NCBI RefSeq assembly: GCF_000018785.1
Contig: NC_010163.1
Span: 390,001-422,000 of the forward strand
DNA: 32,000 bases
Direction: 5' to 3'
Origin: Acholeplasma laidlawii PG-8A
Lineage (GTDB): Bacteria > Bacillota_I > Bacilli_A > Acholeplasmatales > Acholeplasmataceae
The notes under the pieces are model-generated. The model had not been told where the DNA came from, made no database searches, and saw nothing but the letters and a program-made list of their open reading frames with translations. Below, piece after piece: positions 8,592 through 17,199 of the stretch; position 1 is the first letter of the stretch; the number at the start of each line of letters is the position of its first letter. A program made the translations under genes and the position numbers.

Positions 8592-11161
8592 GTAAAATTG
8601 ACAAAAAACTAGACAAATTCATAGAAGAAAAAATTGAAAAAGTTCTCTTAGAAGATATTATGTCTTCTAGATTTGGACGATACTCTAAATATATCATTCA
8701 AGATCGTGCACTACCAGATGCTAGAGATGGTTTAAAACCAGTTCAACGTCGTATTTTATACGCAATGGGACAAATGGGTTTAGCCTTTAACAAATCATAT
8801 AAAAAATCTGCAAGAATTGCAGGAGAAGTTATGGGGAAATATCACCCTCATGGGGATTCATCTATTTATGAAGCAATGGTTCGTATGAGCCAGGACTTTA
8901 AAATGAGAGTACCTCTAGTTGATATGCATGGTAACAATGGTTCCATAGATGGTGACTCTGCTGCGGCAATGCGTTATACCGAGGCTAGACTATCTAAAGA
9001 AGCAGAATTTTTACTTAAAGATATCGATAAAAGAACAGTAAACTTTGTACCTAACTTTGATGATGAGGAACAAGAACCTACCGTATTACCCGCACGTTTT
9101 CCAAACTTACTTGTCAATGGTGCAATGGGTATTTCAGCAGGTTATGCAACAAAAATACCACCACATAACTTAAATGAAGTCATTGATGCAACGATTGCTT
9201 TAATTGATAATCCAAATATTACAAATGATGAAATATTAAAGTATATAAAAGGACCGGACTTCCCAACAGGTGGTATTGTTCAAGGTAAAGCAGGTATTAA
9301 AGAAGCACTCACCACAGGTAGTGGGAAAATTATTATCAGGGCTAAGATGAATGTCGAAGAGATGAGTAAATCTCAAGACCGTATTGTGATTACTGAAATA
9401 CCTTATGAAGTTAATAAAGCAGATTTAGTGCGTCAAATTGATAATTTACGTATCAATAACAATATCGAGGATATCTTAGAAATCCGTGATGAAACGGACC
9501 AAGAAGGTCTAAGAATTGCCATTGATCTTAAAAAAGGTGCAGATGCACAATTTATTCAAAACTACTTATTAAAATCAAGTGATCTTCAAGTAAACTACAA
9601 CTATAATATGGTTGCTATTTTAAAACACCGTCCAGTTTTATCTGGTGCTTTTGAATTATTAAAAGTGTATTTAGAACACCAAAAAGAAGTAGTAACCAAT
9701 AGATCTAATTATGAATTAGAACGTGCAACAAAAAGAAATCATATTGTTGATGGTTTAATTCAAATGACTTCTGTTGTATCAGAAGTTATTGAAGAAATTA
9801 GAAAATCTAAAAATAAAGCAGACTCAAAAGAAAATATCCAAAAGCGTTTTGGTTTTTCAGAACTACAAGCTGAAGCGATTGTCATGCTTCAACTATATAG
9901 ATTATCTACAACCGATATCCAAGCACTACTAGATGAAAAAGATACTTTATATAAAGAAATTACTAGACTAGAACAAATATTATCGAATGAACGTATTTTA
10001 CTTAAGACCATCAAATCTGAACTTCAAGAAGTTCAAACACTACTTCCCTCACCTAGACGTACCGAACTAGAAGCGGAAATTGAAACGATAAAGATTGATG
10101 AAAAAGATCTCATCTCAGATGAACAAACCTATGTAGCTATCACTAAAGATGGTTACGTAAAACGTGCCTCACTAAGATCTGTTGTAGCATCTAAAGAAGT
10201 AGGTTTAAAAGAAAATGATGCAATGCTTTATGAAGAAGAATTAAACACACTAGATACCTTACTCTTATTTACAAATTTAGGTCAATATATTTATTTACCG
10301 GTATATAAAATAGAAGAACAAAAATGGCGTGATCTCGGTGTTTATATTAATAACATTGTACCTACCTCAAAAGGTGAAACTATTATACGTGTTTTAAAGG
10401 TCAGTGATTTTTCAATTGATCAAAAAATATTGCTTACAACAAAACAAGGACAAATGAAACAAGTAAATCTAGCAGATTTTGAAGTTTCAAGGTATAATAG
10501 ACCGTTACGCGCAATGAAGTTGTCAAAAGACGATGAATTAGTATCTGTTGACTATAACCAACTAGACAATATAGTAGCTATTTCTAAACATGGTTATGTC
10601 TTAAGATTCGATACAGAAGAACTGCCAGTATATGGTTTAACCGCTGGTGGGGTTAAATCTATGGCATTAGCAGAAGGTGATGAAGTTGCAGTAGCATTTT
10701 ACGCTAAAGAATCAGATGATTTTTACTTCTTAACATCACGCGGGCATATCATTAAAGATACAGTATTAGAATTACCTAAATACGCTAGAAATAGACGTGG
10801 TATTATTTTAGTAGATCGTATTAAAACATCTCCTCATTTCATAATCTCAGCATCTAGAGTATCCAAAACACAAATCAAAGAAGATGTAAAGGTACGTATT
10901 TTATCCACTAAAGAAGCGCTGATTACTACAGTATCTGACTTAAAATATGTTGCGAATAAATATGGAAAGAAAATGGTAGAGGACGGTTACTATTTAGAAA
11001 TATACCCAGCAGAAACTGAAGAAAAAGATACGCCAGTACAACCAAAAAAAGAAGTAAAAAAAGATGATACATTACAAGCTAAAGTCATTGAAGAAACAAT
11101 ACAAACAAAACAAAATCAAAAGTTAAGACTATCAAGGCTTGATTTATTTGATGAAGAATAG
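8588..11161 (+). CDS. parC: DNA topoisomerase IV subunit A
   Basis: [39 protein letters not shown] (the Gram-positive ParC-type QRDR with Ser-Ser-Ile-Tyr-Glu) and the active-site [10 protein letters not shown] are present. I saw no GyrA-box (QRRGGKG). The C-terminal tail is K/E-rich. Confidence 0.82.
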   Translation: MSKIDKKLDKFIEEKIEKVLLEDIMSSRFGRYSKYIIQDRALPDARDGLKPVQRRILYAMGQMGLAFNKSYKKSARIAGEVMGKYHPHGDSSIYEAMVRMSQDFKMRVPLVDMHGNNGSIDGDSAAAMRYTEARLSKEAEFLLKDIDKRTVNFVPNFDDEEQEPTVLPARFPNLLVNGAMGISAGYATKIPPHNLNEVIDATIALIDNPNITNDEILKYIKGPDFPTGGIVQGKAGIKEALTTGSGKIIIRAKMNVEEMSKSQDRIVITEIPYEVNKADLVRQIDNLRINNNIEDILEIRDETDQEGLRIAIDLKKGADAQFIQNYLLKSSDLQVNYNYNMVAILKHRPVLSGAFELLKVYLEHQKEVVTNRSNYELERATKRNHIVDGLIQMTSVVSEVIEEIRKSKNKADSKENIQKRFGFSELQAEAIVMLQLYRLSTTDIQALLDEKDTLYKEITRLEQILSNERILLKTIKSELQEVQTLLPSPRRTELEAEIETIKIDEKDLISDEQTYVAITKDGYVKRASLRSVVASKEVGLKENDAMLYEEELNTLDTLLLFTNLGQYIYLPVYKIEEQKWRDLGVYINNIVPTSKGETIIRVLKVSDFSIDQKILLTTKQGQMKQVNLADFEVSRYNRPLRAMKLSKDDELVSVDYNQLDNIVAISKHGYVLRFDTEELPVYGLTAGGVKSMALAEGDEVAVAFYAKESDDFYFLTSRGHIIKDTVLELPKYARNRRGIILVDRIKTSPHFIISASRVSKTQIKEDVKVRILSTKEALITTVSDLKYVANKYGKKMVEDGYYLEIYPAETEEKDTPVQPKKEVKKDDTLQAKVIEETIQTKQNQKLRLSRLDLFDEE

Positions 11162-11171
11162 AGGAAAAAGT

Positions 11172-12806
11172 ATGAAACTAAAGATTAACAATGAAGTACT
11201 TGAGTTAAAAGAACCATTAACACTGGAAAAACTTGCTCAAAAATTAAATATTTCTAATGCAATATTTGCAACAGTAGATGGTCGCATGCGCGAGCTATCT
11301 TACATGATTGCAAATGATGCAGATATAGAATTTATGGGATTAGATAGTGACGTAGGTATGCGTATTTATGAAGCTACATTACGTTATGTATTTACAAAAG
11401 CGTTATATGAACTTGATCCAACAAAACAAATTCGCTTTAGTTATTCCATTTCAAGATCTATCTTAGCAACTATTGAAAATGATGACATGACCGTTGAGTT
11501 ATATGAAATGTTATTAAAGAAGGTTCAAGAAATTATTGAACGTAAGGTAGATATTAAACGAATTAAAGTATCTAAAGAAGAAGCTACTAAACTTTATACT
11601 AAACAAAACTATCTAGATAAAATTGAAACACTTAAACTAAGAAAAGAAAATCATGTAAACCTTTATCAATCAGATGATTTTATCAACTACATGTTCTCAT
11701 ATATGTTACCAAACACAAGTTACTTAACTAAGTTTGATACTAAGTTTTACAATCCAGGATTTTTAATTTTCTTCCCAAGATCAGAACTAAAAGGTGAATT
11801 ACCTGCATTTGTAGACCAAAAAACATTTGGTAACTCATTAAAACAAGCTTACAAGTGGAGTAAAATTATTGGTGGAGATACGATTGCAAATATTAACAAA
11901 CACAGTCTAACACGTGATAAACAAGTAGACTTTGTAAATCTTTGCGAAACAAAACACAATAACCAACTTGCTGATTTAGGTAACCAAATTTATGAAATTA
12001 AAGATGATATTAAATTAATTGCTGTTGCAGGTCCATCCTCATCAGGTAAAACAACCTTTACAAACCGTCTAAGAATCGAATTATTAAGTAGAGGTATCAA
12101 ACCAATGATGATTTCTATGGATAACTACTATAAACCTAAACATGAAGCACCAAAAGATAGTGATGGTAATCCAGACTTAGAACACGTAGAAGCATTAGAC
12201 GTTGAACAATTTAGTAAAGATATGGCTGATTTAGCAATGGGTAAATCAGTAAGTCTTCCAATCTTTGACTTTAAACAAGGTAAGCGTGTTGCTGGACCAA
12301 GTGTGAAGTTAGAAAAAGATTCACCAATTTTAATTGAAGGTATCCATGCATTAAACGAAAGATTGACAGAATTAATTCCAAGTCATCAAAAGTTTAATAT
12401 CTTTATTTCACCAAATACACAACTACACATTGATGATCATAACCCGATTTCATTAACAGACTTACGTTTAATTCGTCGTATGGTGAGAGATCAAAAATAT
12501 AGAAATACACCAGTTACAATGACACTAGATATGTGGTCAAGTGTACGCCGTGGTGAATTCAAATGGATATATCCACATCAAGAAACTGCAAACTTTGTTT
12601 ACAACTCAGAACTAAGTTATGAATTACTTGTGTTAAACAAGATTGCATTACCACATTTAAACGCAGTACCAAGAGATGATAAACACTTTATCGTAGCAAA
12701 CAGGTTAGTTAAGTTCTTAAAATACTTTAATGAAATTGATGCTACCCTTATACCATCAAACTCTATTTTATTAGAATTCATTGGTGGTTCACCTTTCCAC
12801 GACTAA
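11172..12806 (+). CDS. TGS-domain / uridine kinase family fusion protein (nucleoside kinase)
   Basis: I preferred the ATG at 11172 (GAGGAAAAAG RBS, MKLKINNEVLEL) over the ORF-track start at 11139, which lies inside parC. The N-terminus is TGS/ThrRS-like. The C-terminal half carries the P-loop AGPSSSGKTTF and a PRK/uridine-kinase-like core (ISMDNYY, LIEGIHALN). Confidence 0.75.
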   Translation: MKLKINNEVLELKEPLTLEKLAQKLNISNAIFATVDGRMRELSYMIANDADIEFMGLDSDVGMRIYEATLRYVFTKALYELDPTKQIRFSYSISRSILATIENDDMTVELYEMLLKKVQEIIERKVDIKRIKVSKEEATKLYTKQNYLDKIETLKLRKENHVNLYQSDDFINYMFSYMLPNTSYLTKFDTKFYNPGFLIFFPRSELKGELPAFVDQKTFGNSLKQAYKWSKIIGGDTIANINKHSLTRDKQVDFVNLCETKHNNQLADLGNQIYEIKDDIKLIAVAGPSSSGKTTFTNRLRIELLSRGIKPMMISMDNYYKPKHEAPKDSDGNPDLEHVEALDVEQFSKDMADLAMGKSVSLPIFDFKQGKRVAGPSVKLEKDSPILIEGIHALNERLTELIPSHQKFNIFISPNTQLHIDDHNPISLTDLRLIRRMVRDQKYRNTPVTMTLDMWSSVRRGEFKWIYPHQETANFVYNSELSYELLVLNKIALPHLNAVPRDDKHFIVANRLVKFLKYFNEIDATLIPSNSILLEFIGGSPFHD

Positions 12807-12834
12807 TTACAATATAAACAAGGAATAGATAACA

Positions 12835-13896
12835 ATGATTGCATTATCAAACATGAACAGACTTCAAGTATCAACAGACACATTGCTTCTTTTACTCAAA
12901 GTTTATGAAGCTAAAGGTAAAGAGTTTTATTATGATGAACTCTTTAGTAAAGATAAAGATGTGTTTACTAAAAAGGCAATTGAAAAGAATGTTTTTTACT
13001 TTGCAAAAATGTTAGATATGCCACTTACCGATGCAAGACTTAAACTGATGTCTCAAAAGAAGTTAGTCGCAAAAAATAAGACAGAAAATTTTTTAATTAA
13101 TATAAAAGATGCGCTTGCATCGATTCAAAAACACCCTAAGGAATTTGAACTTTTAACCAATGAGTTTGATAACCTTGCTAGAATGCTATCTAAAGATTAT
13201 GAGCCAATTAAGTTCAAGTCCGTGGAAAAGCAAAAGGGTGATACCTTATTTACAGCAAAAAAAGTAATGGGCAAAAAAGAAGACCTCGATAAAATAATCG
13301 AGGTCTACAATGCCCAAAATAAAACAAAACAATATGAACTAACCCAGTTATTTAGCAATTTTTACATAGATTTTATGAATCAAGATCTATTCACACTAGA
13401 AAATGAAGTGATTGCCTATATTGGTTTATATGCCATGTTACTAAGAGATTTTAGTGTATTTAAATATGTTTCATTCTATGAGTTATTCTTCAAACGTTTT
13501 GAACAATACAAATTAGCACTCAATCAAGCAAATTACTATTATCAAACAGGGTATCCAAATACTGATTTATTATCTAAATTTATATTAGATATCCTAGATG
13601 AAGCATATGAATCTGTTAATAATTATTCTAGAGAATATGCCTTTGAAATCAAGATGAACAAATCAGATAACATTGAAGCAACCATTAGAACAGGTAAAGA
13701 AATATTTTCTAAAGCAGATCTTAGAAGAGAACACCCAACTGTTTCTTTAATTACAATCGATAGAACATTAAAGAGATTAAAAGATGAAGGGGTTATTCAG
13801 TTACTAGGTAAAGGTAGAAGTTCTAAATGGCACCGTATCGATGAAGATAAAAGACGTGGTGGTCGTCAATTAGATATCTTTCAATTTACAGATTAA
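12835..13896 (+). CDS. Fic-fold protein with degenerate active-site motif and C-terminal winged-HTH
   Basis: 353 aa. The C-terminus ITIDRTLKRLKDEGVIQLLGKGRSSKWHRI resembles the wHTH tail of long Fic proteins. YVSFYELFFKRFEQYKLAL resembles the post-motif YLSxYIxxNRxxYYxxL helix. The position of HPFxDGNGR reads QDLFTLENEV, so the His, Gly and Arg are lost. Confidence 0.45.
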   Translation: MIALSNMNRLQVSTDTLLLLLKVYEAKGKEFYYDELFSKDKDVFTKKAIEKNVFYFAKMLDMPLTDARLKLMSQKKLVAKNKTENFLINIKDALASIQKHPKEFELLTNEFDNLARMLSKDYEPIKFKSVEKQKGDTLFTAKKVMGKKEDLDKIIEVYNAQNKTKQYELTQLFSNFYIDFMNQDLFTLENEVIAYIGLYAMLLRDFSVFKYVSFYELFFKRFEQYKLALNQANYYYQTGYPNTDLLSKFILDILDEAYESVNNYSREYAFEIKMNKSDNIEATIRTGKEIFSKADLRREHPTVSLITIDRTLKRLKDEGVIQLLGKGRSSKWHRIDEDKRRGGRQLDIFQFTD

Positions 13897-13911
13897 TTCG
13901 AGGGAAAATAC

Positions 13912-14784
13912 ATGAAAAAAATAGGTATCATGGCAGATTCATCAAGTGGATTAGCGTATGCACCATTTGATCATCATATTAAAATCACTAAGACAACTAT
14001 CCATTTTGGAGAAGAAACCTTAATTGATGGTGTAGATATTACTGCAGATGATTTTTATCTACGTCTTGAAAAAGATCCATGTGTCCCAAAGACTTCAGCA
14101 CCTGAAACAAGAGAAATATTAAATCAAATAGACATATTAAAAAATGAAGGATGTACACATATCCTTCATTTTCCAATTTCTACAAACCTTTCTGAATACG
14201 GTAAAAATCTAAAAAATAACATAGACAGTTTACTTGAAGATGTAACACTAGATGTTATAGATACCAAAGCGGCCACACTGCTTCAAGGTTATATGGCCTA
14301 TTTTGCAGAAATACTCATTCATAAAGGTTATGATATTGAAAGAGTTAAAGAAGAAGTACAAAAATTACGACAACAATCCAATGCTTACTTTGTTGTAGAT
14401 GATTTAAAGTATTTAATCAAAAACGGAAGACTTTCACAAATGAGTGGTACAGTAGGCATATTAGCTAAAATTAAGCCAATCCTTTCTTTAGATAAAGACG
14501 GAAGAATCACAACCAAAGAGAAGGTAAGAGTTCATAATAAGGCGATTAAACGCATGTATGAAATCATTAAAGAAGAAACAAAAGATGCTAAAAAAGTGGT
14601 TTATATGGTCTTACATACAAACCGTTTAAACGATGCGCTAGACATAGAAAAGATGATTAAAACAGAGTTAGATAATGTTAGTAAAACCTATGTATCAACT
14701 ATTACACCTACAGTGGGTGCACATATTGGTTCAAAGATACTGGGTATGGGTTATGTGATTGTGGATGATTATGACTTCTTATGA
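13912..14784 (+). CDS. DegV family fatty-acid-binding protein
   Basis: It has the N-terminus KIGIMADSSSGL and the typical 290-aa length, and ends with TPTVGAHIGSKILGMGY. A GAGGGA RBS is present. Confidence 0.85.
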   Translation: MKKIGIMADSSSGLAYAPFDHHIKITKTTIHFGEETLIDGVDITADDFYLRLEKDPCVPKTSAPETREILNQIDILKNEGCTHILHFPISTNLSEYGKNLKNNIDSLLEDVTLDVIDTKAATLLQGYMAYFAEILIHKGYDIERVKEEVQKLRQQSNAYFVVDDLKYLIKNGRLSQMSGTVGILAKIKPILSLDKDGRITTKEKVRVHNKAIKRMYEIIKEETKDAKKVVYMVLHTNRLNDALDIEKMIKTELDNVSKTYVSTITPTVGAHIGSKILGMGYVIVDDYDFL

Positions 14785-15040
14785 TAAATATTTACTGGTA
14801 TTTGATAAGTTTTATAAAGATTTAATACACTTAGATGATGAAACAACCATTAGAAAACTTATCACAGATTTCATGTTTTACTTAGAAAAGCATCGTTTAA
14901 TTGATAAAAACTATCTAGAACATAATCATTTGTTTTTAGCATGTGAAGTCGATCAAGAAAAAATCAAAGACCAAAGTTCTGAGATCTTATTAAGTTTTTT
15001 AACTATGATATATTATGATATATCGTATAGATTATATTGA
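14759..15040 (+). CDS. hypothetical small protein (up to 93 aa; the real start is probably ATG 14765 or 14771)
   Basis: An open frame overlaps the DegV stop. I recognised no motif and saw no convincing RBS. A hairpin follows it at 15075-15110. Confidence 0.4.
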   Translation: MWMIMTSYDKYLLVFDKFYKDLIHLDDETTIRKLITDFMFYLEKHRLIDKNYLEHNHLFLACEVDQEKIKDQSSEILLSFLTMIYYDISYRLY

Positions 15041-15074
15041 CCCAAATAGTGATGCATTTATGATATATTATAAG

Positions 15075-15112
15075 AATAAGATGTTAGAACATATTATGTA
15101 TCATCTTATTTT
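15075..15112 (+). terminator. possible terminator hairpin
   Basis: A 9-bp stem, AATAAGATG (15075-15083) with CATCTTATT (15102-15110), has an 18-nt loop and is followed by TT. It is weak and AT-rich. Confidence 0.3.
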
Positions 15113-15145
15113 AAAAATGAAAAAACTCAAAGGAGTGTAAAATCT

Positions 15146-15526
15146 ATGTTTCAATATACCTGGCAAAAAAGAGTAGTAGCAGCAACGCCACTTATCTCTT
15201 TACTCATATTCTTGTTTTTAGGATTTTTCTATAATTTATGGAATCCTGGATGGTTGGTATTTTTATTAATTCCAATTGTGCCATTTTTAGTGGGACTAAA
15301 ACAAATTAGAATTACTTTCCCTTTTTTAGTGTTTGTTGCATATATTGGTATTGGTGTAGCAGGCTATTGGCATCCTGGATGGATTATATTCTTACTTATA
15401 CCGATTCAAAATATTTTATTCCCACCAAAAAGCATCTCTAAATTTCTAAAAAAAGATGTGCCTAAAAAAGATTTTAATAGACCTAAAGATTATATGGATG
15501 CTGAGATTGATAAAGATTCTAAATAG
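15146..15526 (+). CDS. small 4-TM membrane protein with internal duplication
   Basis: A GGAG RBS lies at 15131-15134. Two copies of a TM hairpin carry the motifs NLWNPGWLVFLLIPIVPFL and GYWHPGWIIFLLIPIQNIL. The C-terminal tail is charged. Confidence 0.6.
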   Translation: MFQYTWQKRVVAATPLISLLIFLFLGFFYNLWNPGWLVFLLIPIVPFLVGLKQIRITFPFLVFVAYIGIGVAGYWHPGWIIFLLIPIQNILFPPKSISKFLKKDVPKKDFNRPKDYMDAEIDKDSK

Positions 15527-15543
15527 TAAAGGGTGGTAATTTG

Positions 15544-15888
15544 ATGAATCCTAGAATGTTTTCGGAAGTTATCAATAAAATACATGAAGCGTTTTATGGT
15601 GAAAAACTCACATTTAAAAGTATAGAAGATACTGAAGTTATACTTCTTAATAAAGATGAAATTTTCACAATTGAAAATCACATCCATACACGTTATCGTG
15701 TTATTTTTCCTGACTATGTGGGCAAAATATCGGCATTTAGAAACCTTTTTGGTCGCATTATGAATAATGGAGATAATATTTGTGATACTTCTGACTTTAT
15801 TGATTTACCAAAAAGTCATGTAGTTTCTATATATAATTACATATACCATAAAGATATTAATGATATCAAAAAACTAAAAGACTATTAA
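15544..15888 (+). CDS. hypothetical protein (114 aa from ATG 15544; the ORF track starts at TTG 15541)
   Basis: The open frame follows a GGGTGG Shine-Dalgarno-like sequence, 18 nt after the preceding stop. I recognised no motif. Confidence 0.45.
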   Translation: MNPRMFSEVINKIHEAFYGEKLTFKSIEDTEVILLNKDEIFTIENHIHTRYRVIFPDYVGKISAFRNLFGRIMNNGDNICDTSDFIDLPKSHVVSIYNYIYHKDINDIKKLKDY

Positions 15889-15931
15889 GTTTTTAGTTTT
15901 TTTTTACATTATTTTTTGTAGATGTTGAAAA

Positions 15932-15959
15932 TTGACGAAAAGTAAAGTATACTTATATT
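15932..15959 (+). promoter_or_regulatory. sigma-70-type promoter TTGACG-16-TATATT for the nucleoside ABC operon
   Basis: TTGACG lies at 15932-15937 and TATATT at 15954-15959. This is about 50 nt upstream of the AAAGGAG RBS and the ATG at 16012. Confidence 0.55.
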
Positions 15960-16011
15960 AACGGGTTATGAAAGCCCTACCAAGAAACATAAAAATAAAG
16001 GAGAATCAAGG

Positions 16012-17112
16012 ATGAAAAAACTGTTACTCTTAATGATGGTACTTGTTGCTGGCTTTGCACTAGCAGCATGTGGACCAAGTTCTTATGAAATCGCAATGAT
16101 CACTGATACTGGTGATATTGACGATGAATCGTTTAACCAAGGTACATGGGAAGGTATTAAAGCTTTTGCCAAAGATAATGACAAAACTCATAAATACTAC
16201 CAACCAGCTGGTGAATCAACTGCAGACTATCTAGCTGCAATCGACTTAGCAGTTGCTGGTGGCGCTAAAATCGTCATTACACCAGGTTTCTATTTTGAAG
16301 TGCCTATCTTTGAAGCACAAACTACTTACCCAGATGTTAAATTCGTAATTTTAGATGGTTCACCACATAATGGTGATTATAATAGTGTAGTCAAAGACAA
16401 TACATTATCAGTATTCTTTAAAGAAGAACAAGCTGGTTTCCTAGCTGCTTATGCAACTTATAAAGAAGGTTTTGATCAATTAGGATTTATGGGTGGTATT
16501 GCTGTTCCAGCAGTTCAAAGATTTGGTATTGGTTGGGTAGCTGGTGCTTATCAAGCCGCTAAAGATGCAAATGATACAGAATATGCATATAATCCAACTT
16601 ATTACACATATTTAGGTTCATTTGGTCCAAGTGATACAACTAAAACTACTGCATCAGCTTGGTTCTCACAAGGTGTTGAAGTAATTCATGCTGCTGCAGG
16701 TGGTGCTGGTTCATCAGTAATGGCTGCTGCACAAGAAGGTACAACTACAGCAAATCCTAAATGGGTTGTAGGTGTTGACTCTGACCAATCAGGTAACTCA
16801 CCAAGAGTATTAACATCTGCTATGAAGGGTGTTGGACAAGCTGCGATTCAAGCACTAGAAGCATTCTATGATGAAGATTTCCCAGGTGGAGAAACTTGGA
16901 ACCTAGATGTTAATGCAGATGCAGTTGGTCTACCAATGGCTAACTCAAGATTTGCTACATTTACTCAAGCAAACTATACAACTATATTTAACACATTAAA
17001 AGCTGGTACAATTACTGTCCCAACTACTGCTGCAGAATTAGAAGCATTCATCATTGCTCTAGGCTATGATGTGCCTGCTGGTTTATCAGCTAAAATTGCT
17101 CCGGAAGCTTAA
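16012..17112 (+). CDS. BMP family (PnrA/TmpC/Med-like) ABC transporter substrate-binding lipoprotein, probably nucleoside-binding
   Basis: A lipoprotein signal with lipobox is present (MKKLLLLMMVLVAGFALAAC-G). The conserved ITDTGDIDDESFNQ, GFLAAY and VVGVDSDQ motifs of the basic membrane protein family are present. The gene looks richer in GCT/GGT codons than its neighbours, consistent with high expression. Confidence 0.88.
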   Translation: MKKLLLLMMVLVAGFALAACGPSSYEIAMITDTGDIDDESFNQGTWEGIKAFAKDNDKTHKYYQPAGESTADYLAAIDLAVAGGAKIVITPGFYFEVPIFEAQTTYPDVKFVILDGSPHNGDYNSVVKDNTLSVFFKEEQAGFLAAYATYKEGFDQLGFMGGIAVPAVQRFGIGWVAGAYQAAKDANDTEYAYNPTYYTYLGSFGPSDTTKTTASAWFSQGVEVIHAAAGGAGSSVMAAAQEGTTTANPKWVVGVDSDQSGNSPRVLTSAMKGVGQAAIQALEAFYDEDFPGGETWNLDVNADAVGLPMANSRFATFTQANYTTIFNTLKAGTITVPTTAAELEAFIIALGYDVPAGLSAKIAPEA

Positions 17113-17142
17113 TAATAGATTAGAAAAAGATTAACGTTAAAT

Positions 17143-17176
17143 AAAGGGGGACATTAATTTGTTCCCCTTATTTAAA
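17143..17176 (+). terminator. intra-operon hairpin (partial terminator/attenuator) between the binding-protein and ATPase genes
   Basis: AAAGGGGGACA-ttaattt-TGTTCCCCTTA forms a stem of about 10 bp with one mismatch. It is followed by TTTAAAA. The ATPase RBS GGAGG follows at 17187-17191. Confidence 0.5.
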
Positions 17177-17199
17177 ATACAAATGTTGGAGGCGTTACA

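Noticed and set aside
6636-11161. Possibility that this pair is gyrB/gyrA rather than parE/parC
   Set aside because: The A subunit has the [19 protein letters not shown] motif typical of Gram-positive ParC, where GyrA usually reads HPHGDSA/SVYD..VRMAQ. I saw no GyrA-box heptapeptide. This is still a motif-level judgement and a phylogeny would settle it.
11139-11171. Longer N-terminal extensions offered by the ORF track: 11139 for the kinase fusion, 20943 for the deoxynucleoside kinase and 21715 for the sigma factor.
   Set aside because: In each case an internal ATG has a properly spaced Shine-Dalgarno sequence (11172, 20961, 21751) and gives the family-typical N-terminus. The upstream starts lie inside the previous gene, or upstream of the predicted promoter or transcription start.
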